A stretch of DNA of 64,000 nt from an uncultured Bordetella sp. (lineage in GTDB: Bacteria; Pseudomonadota; Gammaproteobacteria; Burkholderiales; SG8-41): positions 7,414-71,413 of the forward strand of contig CAZHFZ010000009.1 in NCBI GenBank assembly GCA_964531455.1. Reading direction: 5' to 3'. Shown here one piece after another: positions 1 to 8,298 of the stretch; position 1 is the first letter of the stretch, and each line of letters starts with the position of its first letter. The translations under genes were made by a program, and so were the position numbers. The notes under the pieces are model-generated. The model saw only the letters and a program-made list of their open reading frames with translations, did no database searches and was not told the origin of the DNA.

Positions 1-839
1 TTGCGCGAATCGTACTTGTGCATGAAACGCTCGCCGTCGCCGTTGAGCAGGTAACCGCCGGCGCCGCGCAGGCCCTCTTCAATGATGGTGCCGGTGATGC
101 GTGTGTCCATGCCGGCAATCAGGCCGGTCGGGTGGAACTGCACCATCTCCATATCGCGCAACTGCAGCCCGGCGCGCATCGCCATCGCCATGCCGTCGCA
201 GCTCTTGTCGCCGGAGGGGGTGTGGTATTTGTACATCGTCGGCCCGCCGCCGGTGGCCAGCAAAACCGCTTGCGCCTGCACAAACGTGAACTCGCCGCTG
301 CGCATGTCGATCATCAGCACACCGGAAACCGCAGAACCGTCCTTGTTCTTGATGAACTCGACGGCGCGGTGTTCTTCCAGCCGGTTGATGCCACGCGCCC
401 ACACCTGTTCGGCGAGGCGGTTGATGATTTCGATACCGGTCAGATCGCCCTTGTGTACGGTGCGATCGAAGGTTTGCCCAGCGAAAGCCTTCTGGTGAAT
501 CGTGCCATCGGGATTGCGGTCAAAGAAACAGCCGAGTTCGTTTTCCAGTTCATGGATGCGCTCGATGGCTTTTTCCACGAGTGTCCACGCCAGGTCCTGG
601 TCGGGCAGCCACTTGCCGCCTTCGATGGTGTCCATGAAATGGCGTTCGACTGAATCACCTTCGGCAAGCGCGACGTTGTACCCGCCCTGCACCATGCGTG
701 TGCAGCCGCTTTTGCCGAGCAGGCCTTTCACCGCAACGGTGATCGACAGTTCGGGGTTGTGCTGATGGGCATGCAGCGCGGCAAACAGGCCGGCGCCGCC
801 GGAGCCGAGAATCAGAATGTCGGTTTTGATTGTTTTCAT
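1..839 (-). CDS. FAD-dependent oxidoreductase, succinate dehydrogenase/fumarate reductase flavoprotein (SdhA/FrdA)-like; 3' end lies outside the window
   Basis: The minus-strand frame is open from ATG 839-837 to the window edge, so it is absent from the ORF track (no stop in window). My translation is MKTIKTDILILGSGGAGLFAAL (GxGxxG) ... KSGCTRMVQGG ... MVQFHPTG ... EEGLRGAGGYLLN, colinear with SdhA/FrdA/NadB flavoproteins. Confidence 0.8.
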   Translation of the reverse strand, partial: MKTIKTDILILGSGGAGLFAALHAHQHNPELSITVAVKGLLGKSGCTRMVQGGYNVALAEGDSVERHFMDTIEGGKWLPDQDLAWTLVEKAIERIHELENELGCFFDRNPDGTIHQKAFAGQTFDRTVHKGDLTGIEIINRLAEQVWARGINRLEEHRAVEFIKNKDGSAVSGVLMIDMRSGEFTFVQAQAVLLATGGGPTMYKYHTPSGDKSCDGMAMAMRAGLQLRDMEMVQFHPTGLIAGMDTRITGTIIEEGLRGAGGYLLNGDGERFMHKYDSR

Positions 840-857
840 AAAGATTAAAACCTTTTA

Positions 858-949
858 GCCACAGAGAGCACAGAGAACACAGAGAAAACCGAAACCATTG
901 CGATCGAGATCGTCTTGCTGTTCTCTGTGTTCTCTGTGTCCTCTGTGGC
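858..949. repeat. Long imperfect inverted repeat (29-nt arms, 34-nt spacer) built from tandem CACAGAGA units
   Basis: gccacagagagcacagagaacacagagaa (858-886) and ttctctgtgttctctgtgtcctctgtggc (921-949) are reverse complements at 27/29 positions. Each arm is three tandem 9-10 nt CACAGAGA units. The element lies in the 122-nt gap between two co-oriented CDSs. Confidence 0.85.
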
Positions 950-961
950 TTGTTTTGAATT

Positions 962-1573
962 TCAGCTTTTCACACCTAACGCCGCGAGCACGCTTGCGCG
1001 CTGGTCCTTGGCGGCGGCGTTGACCGCGGTATACAGACTGCCGCCATGGGAATCCATCGCCACCAGCAGCGGGCCGAAGCCCTTGATGCGGAATTTCCAC
1101 AACGATTCGGGATTGAGGTCGTCGAGATCAACTTCTTCGATCTGTTCGATCCAGGTCGTTTCCAGCGCGGCGGTGCCGCCGATGATCGCCAAATACACAC
1201 CGCCAAGGTCAGCAAAGGCTTTGGCCGAAGCGGCAAACAACCCACCCTTGCCGATGATGATGCGCACCCCGTACTGCTCCATCAGCGGACGCGTGAAACG
1301 CTCCATGCGCGCGCTGGTGGTGGTACCGATGCAGATCGGCGCGTAGCCCGAAGGATGCGCCTGCGTCTCACCGACCCATTTGACGTTGGGGGCGGTGTGC
1401 ACCACCGCATGTCCCTTCAGATCGAAACGGGTCTTGCGACCATGGTCGAACATGTGGATCTGCGTGGCATCACGGATGCCGTACAGCGTCTGGTGCAGCG
1501 TGACCGTATCGTTGATACGCAGTTTTCGGACCTGCTCTTCCGTCACCGGCATATTGAGTTCGTAGTGCGCCAT
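962..1573 (-). CDS. Fe-S type hydro-lyase beta subunit (class I fumarate hydratase C-terminal domain / L(+)-tartrate dehydratase TtdB-like)
   Basis: 203-aa ORF containing GTTTSARMERF and IIGKGG motifs typical of the FumA C-terminal / TtdB domain. It sits 15 nt downstream of the alpha subunit gene. Confidence 0.85.
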   Translation of the reverse strand: MAHYELNMPVTEEQVRKLRINDTVTLHQTLYGIRDATQIHMFDHGRKTRFDLKGHAVVHTAPNVKWVGETQAHPSGYAPICIGTTTSARMERFTRPLMEQYGVRIIIGKGGLFAASAKAFADLGGVYLAIIGGTAALETTWIEQIEEVDLDDLNPESLWKFRIKGFGPLLVAMDSHGGSLYTAVNAAAKDQRASVLAALGVKS

Positions 1574-1588
1574 ATCGGTATCCCGTAT

Positions 1589-2464
1589 CTAGTACCCGTA
1601 CGTCAGGCCTTGCGGCGTGAAGGTGGCGCGCGCGCGCCGCGCCGAATGGCACTGCATATTGACCGCAACAGGGTTCATCGTGATGTGCGTGGCTGCCGTT
1701 TCAACATGCACCGCAAACGCGGTGGAATCGCCGCCCAGGCCCTGGGCGCCGACGCCCAGTTTATTGACCACGGCACTGAGTTCAGCTTCAAGCTTCGCGC
1801 CTTCCGGATCTTCACATTGACTGCCCAGCGGCCGTGTCGCCGCGACTTTGGACAGGTGCACGCACAGATCAGCCGTACCGCCAACGCCGACGCCGACAAT
1901 CACCGGCGGGCAGCTCTTGCCCCCGGCCTCAAGCACGCAGTCAATGACAAAGGTCTTGATCGCGTCGATGCCGTCAGCGGGTATCGCCATTTTCAGCCAC
2001 GAGTTGTTCTCCGAACCCGAACCCTTCGGAATCATCTCGATCGACAGCGTTTCAGCCTGCGCCGAAAAATCGATGTTGATCACCGGCACATGACGGCCCC
2101 CGGAGGTGTGCAGATTTTTGCGCGTGGTTGGATGCACCACCGAGGAACGCAACGGATGCTCCTGGGTGGCGCGGGTGCAGCCACTGACGATCGCCTGCTT
2201 CAGCGCGTGACCGTCAACTTCGACACCGCTACCGATCACCACGTTGTAAATCGGGATGCCCGTGTCTTGGCACAGCAGGTTGGTGTTGTCCTCAGCCACG
2301 GTGATATTGCGGATCATGGTGCCGAGGATGGCCTTGCCGGTGGCATTGGTTTCGGCGCGGTCCAGTCGCTGAAATCCCTGCTTGATGTCCGGCGGCAGCA
2401 TCTTGAGCGCGCGTATATAGAGCTCTTTGCACGCTTCTTCTAACTGTTTGAGATCGACCTTCAC
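1589..2464 (-). CDS. Fe-S type hydro-lyase alpha subunit (class I fumarate hydratase N-terminal domain / TtdA-like)
   Basis: The ORF contains LLCQDTGIP, GGKSCPP and NMQCHS, the three Cys ligands of the 4Fe-4S hydro-lyase family. I prefer the GTG start at 2464 (gaagg RBS 7 nt upstream) over the track start at 2524. Confidence 0.85.
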   Translation of the reverse strand: MKVDLKQLEEACKELYIRALKMLPPDIKQGFQRLDRAETNATGKAILGTMIRNITVAEDNTNLLCQDTGIPIYNVVIGSGVEVDGHALKQAIVSGCTRATQEHPLRSSVVHPTTRKNLHTSGGRHVPVINIDFSAQAETLSIEMIPKGSGSENNSWLKMAIPADGIDAIKTFVIDCVLEAGGKSCPPVIVGVGVGGTADLCVHLSKVAATRPLGSQCEDPEGAKLEAELSAVVNKLGVGAQGLGGDSTAFAVHVETAATHITMNPVAVNMQCHSARRARATFTPQGLTYGY

Positions 2465-2546
2465 GAATACACCTTCACTTGAATGAAAACCCGGGGACCG
2501 GTGCAGGGCATCGCGCCCGCACAAGCCGGCCGCCGTGATTGTTGCG

Positions 2547-3509
2547 TTACTTCACTTGCAGATTGCGTTCCTTGATGATCTTGGCCCAGCGCGCCGACTC
2601 CGCCTTGATGTCTTTTGCAAATTCCTCAGACGTGTTTCCGACAGTTGTCATGCCGATTTCGTTGATGCGCTTGCGCAAATCCGCACCGCCCAGCGCCTTT
2701 ACCGTGTCAGCGTGCACCTTTGCGATGACAGCCTTCGGCGTGCCGGTCGGAACCATAAAGCCGAACCAGCCGAGGTTTTCAAAACCAGGCAGCGTTTCTG
2801 CGACAGCCGGCACATTCGGCAGTTGTGCGGAACGCTCCTTGCTGGTCACCGCCAGAGCGCGCAGTTTGCCGGAATTGACGAGTGAAATTGCCGCGGACAG
2901 GTTGGGCGTGACGAACTGGATCTGACCGCCGACGAGATCACTCACTGCCGGACCTTCACCCTTGTATGGCACGTGTGTGACATCAATGCCCGATGCGTAA
3001 ATGAAATTCTCCGCAGCGAGGTGCGTCTGCGTGCCGACACCGGCCGAGCCGAATGTCATCGACTTCGGCTTGGCCTTGGCCAGCGCGATGAATTCCTTCA
3101 GCGTTTTTGCCGGATTGCTCGGATTGACAACAATGGCCTGTGGTCCGCTGGCCACATTGGTTACTGCGACCAGATCCTTCTCCGGGCTGAAAGGCATTTT
3201 TGCGTACATATGCTGGTTGGCCGTGACAATCGAGCCGGAGGTCATGAACAGCGTGTAGCCGTCCGGGTTTGACTTGGCGGCAATGTCGCCGCCGATGTTG
3301 CCGCCGGCCCCGGCGCGATTGTCGACCACCACCGGCTGCGCCCAACCTTCATTGAGTTTCTGCGCCACCAGTCGCGCCACGATATCGGTGGCGCCGCCGG
3401 GCGCAAACGGCACGATAATTCGCACCGGACGGTTGGGATAAACATCTGCAGCAAACGCTGTGGATGCGGCGAACATGCATGCCGCGGCGATCAATCCTGC
3501 TTTGCTCAT
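2547..3509 (-). CDS. Tripartite tricarboxylate transporter substrate-binding protein (Bug/TctC family), periplasmic
   Basis: MSKAGLIAAACMFAASTAFA is a signal peptide and is followed by YPNRPVRIIVPFAPGGATD, the Bug family signature. The start at 3509 is preceded by gaggag. No TctA/TctB genes are present in the window. Confidence 0.85.
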   Translation of the reverse strand: MSKAGLIAAACMFAASTAFAADVYPNRPVRIIVPFAPGGATDIVARLVAQKLNEGWAQPVVVDNRAGAGGNIGGDIAAKSNPDGYTLFMTSGSIVTANQHMYAKMPFSPEKDLVAVTNVASGPQAIVVNPSNPAKTLKEFIALAKAKPKSMTFGSAGVGTQTHLAAENFIYASGIDVTHVPYKGEGPAVSDLVGGQIQFVTPNLSAAISLVNSGKLRALAVTSKERSAQLPNVPAVAETLPGFENLGWFGFMVPTGTPKAVIAKVHADTVKALGGADLRKRINEIGMTTVGNTSEEFAKDIKAESARWAKIIKERNLQVK

Positions 3510-3607
3510 TATTTTCTCCTCACTGTCTGGTGTTGTTGGCTGCCATGCTGACCCGCGGATCACGATACCCGACGCCTCCGGGGGGAGCAAGCTACGGGCT
3601 GCTACTC

Positions 3608-5023
3608 TTAAAGTCCCAACGCTTCCGCGGCGAGAACGCGCAGATCCCGGGTCATTTTTTTGCGTATCGCCGCGTAGGCCGGTTTCTTGGCCACGTTGAT
3701 CAGTTCGTAGGGATCCTTTTCCAGGTCATAGAGCTCGTCGAGTTCGCCATTGCGTGCGCGATTGACCCAGTGAATGTATTTGTAGCGACCGGTACGAATC
3801 GCCCTGAAACTCATGCCGACCAGCCAGGGATAGGCATTCTCCGCCCAGTATTCGACAAGAAAAGACTTGCGCCAGCCGGAGCGCTTGCCACTGATCACCG
3901 GCAACAGTGAACGCCCCTGAATATGCTCTCCGGGTTTACCGCCGGCGATTTCAAGCAGCGTCGGAGCAATGTCCTGCAAAATCACCAGATCGCTCACACG
4001 TTTGCCGGCCTTGATTGATTTCGGCCAGCGTATGGTCAGCGGGGCGCGAATACCTTCCTCATAGGGGAATCGACGCTCGGGGCCGAGCCCGTGCTCGCCG
4101 AAAAAGTAGCCGTTGTCGCCTAGGAACAGGATTACCGTGTTGTCGAGTTCGCCGGTTTCCTCCAGCGCCTTGAACAACATGCCGACGCCCTCATCCACCG
4201 CCGCCATCATCGCCGCGCGCAGGCGGATCTCCTCCTGCTTGCCGGAGTGAATGGCGTCATGCATGATTTTCGAGGCCTCGGTCTTGCGCAGTTCCACCGC
4301 TTCCGCCCACACCGGTTTGTGCTTGAGGAACTCGGTGGGCTTCTGCATGTTTGGCTTCTTCGGGAATATGCATCCCTTGTACAGATTCTCGTGGCGCTTG
4401 GCCGGACGGTAGCCATCCATGCGGAACGAACCGTCAGCGGCCTGCTCGGCATCCGGATGCACCGCCTTGTGCGCAAACCACAGCGACCATGGTTTATCGG
4501 CGTTTTTCCCCTTGCGCCGGCTTTTGCTCTTGATCCAGTCGACCGCCATCGTGTTCATGATGTCGGTTACATAACCCTTGTGCTGCACGTATTTGCCGTT
4601 TTCGTTGAGCTTGGGATCGTAGAGATTGCCGTGGCCGTCATAGGCCACCCAGAAATCGTAACCGGGACGCGGCTTGCCGTCGTTGCCCATGTGCCATTTG
4701 CCGATGTGTGCGGTTTCGTATCCGAGACGTTGCAGTTCAAGGTGATAGTTCGGCAGACGATGGCTGGCCAGGTCGCGCGCGACGTTGTCGATGATGCCGT
4801 GGCGGCTGGCGTATTGGCCGGTCAGTATCGAGGCGCGGTTGGGTGAGCAGATCGACGTGGTATGGAAAGCGCGATCAAACATCACCCCCTCATGGGCAAT
4901 ACGATCAATATGCGGCGTTTTCATGTACGGATGGCCGCCGGCGCCGAACTCGTCGAAGCGCAGATCATCCACAAGGATCAGCAGGATATTCGGCTTCTTC
5001 GGTTTATTCTTTTTCATTTGCAT
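3608..5023 (-). CDS. Cys-type sulfatase (formylglycine-dependent), no signal peptide
   Basis: PNILLILVDDLR begins at residue 11. The signature CSPNRASILTG (C-x-P-x-R-x4-TG) starts at Cys59. LYDLEKDPYEL lies near the C-terminus. No N-terminal hydrophobic leader is present. Confidence 0.85.
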   Translation of the reverse strand: MQMKKNKPKKPNILLILVDDLRFDEFGAGGHPYMKTPHIDRIAHEGVMFDRAFHTTSICSPNRASILTGQYASRHGIIDNVARDLASHRLPNYHLELQRLGYETAHIGKWHMGNDGKPRPGYDFWVAYDGHGNLYDPKLNENGKYVQHKGYVTDIMNTMAVDWIKSKSRRKGKNADKPWSLWFAHKAVHPDAEQAADGSFRMDGYRPAKRHENLYKGCIFPKKPNMQKPTEFLKHKPVWAEAVELRKTEASKIMHDAIHSGKQEEIRLRAAMMAAVDEGVGMLFKALEETGELDNTVILFLGDNGYFFGEHGLGPERRFPYEEGIRAPLTIRWPKSIKAGKRVSDLVILQDIAPTLLEIAGGKPGEHIQGRSLLPVISGKRSGWRKSFLVEYWAENAYPWLVGMSFRAIRTGRYKYIHWVNRARNGELDELYDLEKDPYELINVAKKPAYAAIRKKMTRDLRVLAAEALGL

Positions 5024-5046
5024 TTACTCCGCACGATTTACGGCAA

Positions 5047-5394
5047 TCAGACCAGATTCAGAAGAAAAGCCAGAACCACCACAAGCGATACGCCGGCCGC
5101 AGTCGCGAGCAGCGTTTTCTGCCATTCGCGCCAGTCGAGAAACTCCATCATCAGCAGACGTACGCCGCCGGCCATGTGCGCGGCCAACAGCAACACCAGT
5201 CCGGTTTCGGCAAATTTCACCAGAGGGTTGTGGGTCCACTCAAGAAAGCGGTCCAGCCCTGTCGCGCCATGAAAAGCCTGACCCAGCGCCCAGAAATGCA
5301 AGGGCAGGAATAAGGTCAGCAGCAGCCCTGACAGGCGATGGACAATAAAAGCCCAGTATGCGGGATGATTGCGCGAGCGGAAATCGTTTTTCAT
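5047..5394 (-). CDS. Succinate dehydrogenase/fumarate reductase cytochrome b subunit (SdhC-like membrane anchor)
   Basis: From Met108 of the 222-aa track ORF: IVHRLSGLLL and AAHMAGGVRLLMMEF parallel E. coli SdhC HRVSGV and YHVVVGIRHMMMDF. Three hydrophobic helices are present. The start overlaps the upstream stop by 4 nt (5391-5394). Confidence 0.7.
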   Translation of the reverse strand: MKNDFRSRNHPAYWAFIVHRLSGLLLTLFLPLHFWALGQAFHGATGLDRFLEWTHNPLVKFAETGLVLLLAAHMAGGVRLLMMEFLDWREWQKTLLATAAGVSLVVVLAFLLNLV

Positions 5395-5741
5395 GCAGAA
5401 GCCCCGCCGAATACGGCCATCACCGCACGCAAGCCCCACATCGCCAGGCTCAGTCCAACGACCGCAGCAAAGACATTGGCGCCTCGACCACGCCAGTTGA
5501 ACATTTCGGCCAGTATGGTGCGCAGTCCGATTGGCGCGTGCACGGAAACCGCCGCAACAAACACGGCATAGAACATGAACCAGCCGACATTGCCCTGCGT
5601 ACGACCGAGAATCTCCGCACCGCTGAGGCCGCTGCGCACCGCATAGATCATGGTGATCAGATGCACGACGACACACACCGCAAGCACCATCGCGCTGAGC
5701 CGTTGCGCACCCCACAGCAGCACTTCGCTACGCCGGCTCAT
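5391..5741 (-). CDS. Succinate dehydrogenase/fumarate reductase hydrophobic anchor subunit (SdhD-like)
   Basis: 116-aa protein with three predicted TM helices. SVHAPIGLRTILAEM resembles the SdhD heme-ligand region HAWIGMWQVLTDY. Confidence 0.65.
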   Translation of the reverse strand: MSRRSEVLLWGAQRLSAMVLAVCVVVHLITMIYAVRSGLSGAEILGRTQGNVGWFMFYAVFVAAVSVHAPIGLRTILAEMFNWRGRGANVFAAVVGLSLAMWGLRAVMAVFGGASA

Positions 5742-5795
5742 GCGCTGCGACCCTCCCCGCAGATTAAATTTAAATTATTGTTTTTAAACATTTAT

Positions 5796-6509
5796 TTAGA
5801 TCTCACCAGATAACGTGGCGGCCAATACCGCACGCTTCAATCCGGCAATGCCGGCAGTCGGCGAAAGCCCTTTCGGACAGCGCTCGGTACAGTTCAGATG
5901 GGTATGGCAGGCATGGCAACCGGCATCACCGGCAACCGCAGCCAGGCGTTCGGCGCGCTCGGTATCGCGCACATCGTTCACCAGCGTCCACGCGCGATTG
6001 AGCGCCGCGGGGCCCAGATAATCCTTGTTCCAGGTCACTACATCGCAGGCGCTGTAGCACACGCCGCAGCCGATGCATTCGATGCCGGCATCCACACGCT
6101 TGCGTTCCTTCGATTCCGGAGACACTTGCGCAAAAGCTTCCTTGCGCGTGGTGCTGCCTGCAAAACGACCTCGCGCCTTGGCCCACTTGTCGAAGAATTC
6201 GCTCATATCGGTGACCAGATCCTTGATCACCGGCAGGTTGCGCAACGGCGCGATCTCCACCTTGTTATCTTCTGCCACCTTGTCGACATGGGTACGGCAG
6301 GTCCAGCGCGACACGCCGTTGACCGTCATGGCGCATGAGCCGCAAACGCCGACTCGACAGGCAAACCGATAGGACAGTGTCGGATCACATTTGCGCTGAA
6401 CGTAAGTCACGACATCGAGTACGGTCTGGCTTTCCTGCCGCGGCACCTCAAATTCCTGGAAGCCACCGTTTTCGCTACCGCGCCAGATTCTGACCTGAAG
6501 ATTTTCCAT
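5796..6509 (-). CDS. Succinate dehydrogenase/fumarate reductase iron-sulfur subunit (SdhB/FrdB-like)
   Basis: The CRVGVCGSCAM (2Fe-2S), CIGCGVCYSAC (4Fe-4S) and CHTHLNCTERCPKG (3Fe-4S) cluster motifs occur in canonical order. I place the start at Met33 (MENLQVRIWRG), which avoids overlap with the upstream gene. Confidence 0.85.
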   Translation of the reverse strand: MENLQVRIWRGSENGGFQEFEVPRQESQTVLDVVTYVQRKCDPTLSYRFACRVGVCGSCAMTVNGVSRWTCRTHVDKVAEDNKVEIAPLRNLPVIKDLVTDMSEFFDKWAKARGRFAGSTTRKEAFAQVSPESKERKRVDAGIECIGCGVCYSACDVVTWNKDYLGPAALNRAWTLVNDVRDTERAERLAAVAGDAGCHACHTHLNCTERCPKGLSPTAGIAGLKRAVLAATLSGEI

Positions 6510-6532
6510 ACGCAGGATTCCGTAAGACTCTA

Positions 6533-8188
6533 TTAATGTGCGCCGCCGGTTGTTGCTGCAGTCACTGTTGGCGCAGGCAGGCATTGAATCATCACATTGA
6601 CGCAAGCCGGTTTCCCGCTGGCCATTGCCCTCTGCAGTGCAGGCCGGAGTTCCGTAACACGGGTCACCAGTTCGCCATGACCACCCAGTGCCGCCACCGC
6701 CAGATCATAACGCGTGCCACCGGACAGTTCACAGCCATGTGCACGCTCCTTGCCGTAAGTGCGCAGTTGAATCTGATGTTCGGCGTTCCAGCAGGAATCG
6801 TTGCCGACCACAACCACCATCGGCACATTTGAACGCACCGCCGTATCAAACTCCATCAGATGAAAGCCGAAGGCACCGTCACCCATTACCGCGATGACCG
6901 GTGCCCCGGGGCGGACCATGCGCGCCGCAAATGCAAACGGTACCCCGCTGCCGATGGAGCCGCCGGGGCCATTGATGATGCGGGTTGGCGCGCCGATGCA
7001 GGCCTGCGCCCACTGGCCAATTTCGCCGCCGTCGGCGACAAACACCGCATCCGCTATGCCCTTGAGCGCTTCCTGCACCGCGCGACCCAGTTCGACCGGA
7101 TGCACCGGACCGGCATCGCCGCTGTTGATGTCGCGCCACGCGGCGGGACGGAAAGCCACCGCAGCGGCCACTTCGTCAAACCAGCCCTGCGCTGCTTTAC
7201 GCGTTACGGTTTTGATCAGTACGCGCACGGCCGCGGCAGAATCCGCCTCCGCCGACAGCACTACCCTGGCGGCACCGAGGTTTGTTACCGAGCGCTGCAA
7301 TACGTCGTTTTCCGGATCAATCACCGCAAAACGGCAATCAGCCGCCACTGCCGGCGTCTTGCCGAATTTCAGTGTGAAATCAGGCTGTTTGCCAAGCAGC
7401 ACCACCAGATCAGCCTTGGCCAACACGCCGGCAAAGGCGCCCAATGACGGATCATTGACCCCGCGCGGGCTTTCCATGCATACCGCCGGGACGCCGCTGG
7501 CATCAGCAAGCTGTTTCACCAACGCCGAAACCGGTGCCTGCGACATCACCGGGCCCAGTAAAATCAACGGCCTCTCCGCCGACTGCAGCAACGCTGCCAA
7601 TGCGGCAGCCGATTTACTCTCCAGGGGGTGCTCCGCGGGCGCAAATTGTGCGGCGGTTGCGATTGCGCGGTCGCCATCGGCCACCTTGGCTTCAAGCACG
7701 TCAAACGGCAGACTCAAATGCACCGGCCCCGGACGACCCGAGCGAGCAATTCGGCAGGCCTTGGCAATGTCGGCGCCCAGCGATTCGGCGCTGGATGCGG
7801 TCCACGCCGCTTTCACCAGCGGAGCGGCAATATCAGCCTGACGCATCTCCTGGAATGAGCCTCGTCCCAGTTCATTCAGTGGGGCGTGCCCTGATAACAG
7901 CACTACGGGTGACTCCGAAGCGAGCGCGGTATACAGCGCGCCGACACCATTGGCATGCCCCGGACCGCCAGTCAGCATCACAATACCCGGCTCACCGGTC
8001 AGGCGCCCCCAGGCATCGGCCATGTGTACGGCGGCTCCCTCATAACGCACGTGAGTGATGTCCAGCTTCGCTTCGATCGCCGCGTCATACAACGGCATGA
8101 TGTGATTGCCGGACAGCGAAAACACACGGGTCAATCCGGCCGCAGCCAGCGAACGAGCCAGGATATCGGCGCCGCGCAAAGGGGTCAT
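6533..8188 (-). CDS. Thiamine diphosphate-dependent enzyme (acetolactate synthase / oxalyl-CoA decarboxylase-like family)
   Basis: The N-terminal PYR domain shows HVRYEGAAVHMADAWGRLTG and GPGHANG. The ThDP-binding motif is GDGAFGFHLMEFDTAVRSNVPMVVVVGND. I place the start at Met20 (MTPLRGADILA). Confidence 0.8.
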   Translation of the reverse strand: MTPLRGADILARSLAAAGLTRVFSLSGNHIMPLYDAAIEAKLDITHVRYEGAAVHMADAWGRLTGEPGIVMLTGGPGHANGVGALYTALASESPVVLLSGHAPLNELGRGSFQEMRQADIAAPLVKAAWTASSAESLGADIAKACRIARSGRPGPVHLSLPFDVLEAKVADGDRAIATAAQFAPAEHPLESKSAAALAALLQSAERPLILLGPVMSQAPVSALVKQLADASGVPAVCMESPRGVNDPSLGAFAGVLAKADLVVLLGKQPDFTLKFGKTPAVAADCRFAVIDPENDVLQRSVTNLGAARVVLSAEADSAAAVRVLIKTVTRKAAQGWFDEVAAAVAFRPAAWRDINSGDAGPVHPVELGRAVQEALKGIADAVFVADGGEIGQWAQACIGAPTRIINGPGGSIGSGVPFAFAARMVRPGAPVIAVMGDGAFGFHLMEFDTAVRSNVPMVVVVGNDSCWNAEHQIQLRTYGKERAHGCELSGGTRYDLAVAALGGHGELVTRVTELRPALQRAMASGKPACVNVMIQCLPAPTVTAATTGGAH

Positions 8189-8298
8189 TAGCAGGTTCTC
8201 TCGTTCAAAAAAAACAAAGACCGCGCAGAATCCGCGAACAGCCACAACGCATCGCCATGCATTGCAGCCGAACCACGGACCCCTTGCGGCCTGTTGGG

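Noticed and set aside
18-653. 211-aa plus-strand ORF at the window start
   Set aside because: It is antisense to the SdhA-like reading frame, which has GxGxxG and HPTG motifs. The plus-strand product has no family resemblance.
1046-2443. 465-aa plus-strand ORF spanning both hydro-lyase genes
   Set aside because: It is antisense to two ORFs with clear family motifs. Its own translation is Arg/His/Asp-rich with no recognisable motif. This is a typical shadow ORF of GC-rich DNA.
5395-5715. N-terminal 107 codons of the 222-aa track ORF 5047-5715
   Set aside because: This part is Cys/Arg-rich and lies out of frame over the SdhD-like gene. The SdhC-like sequence begins at Met108 with an ATGA junction.
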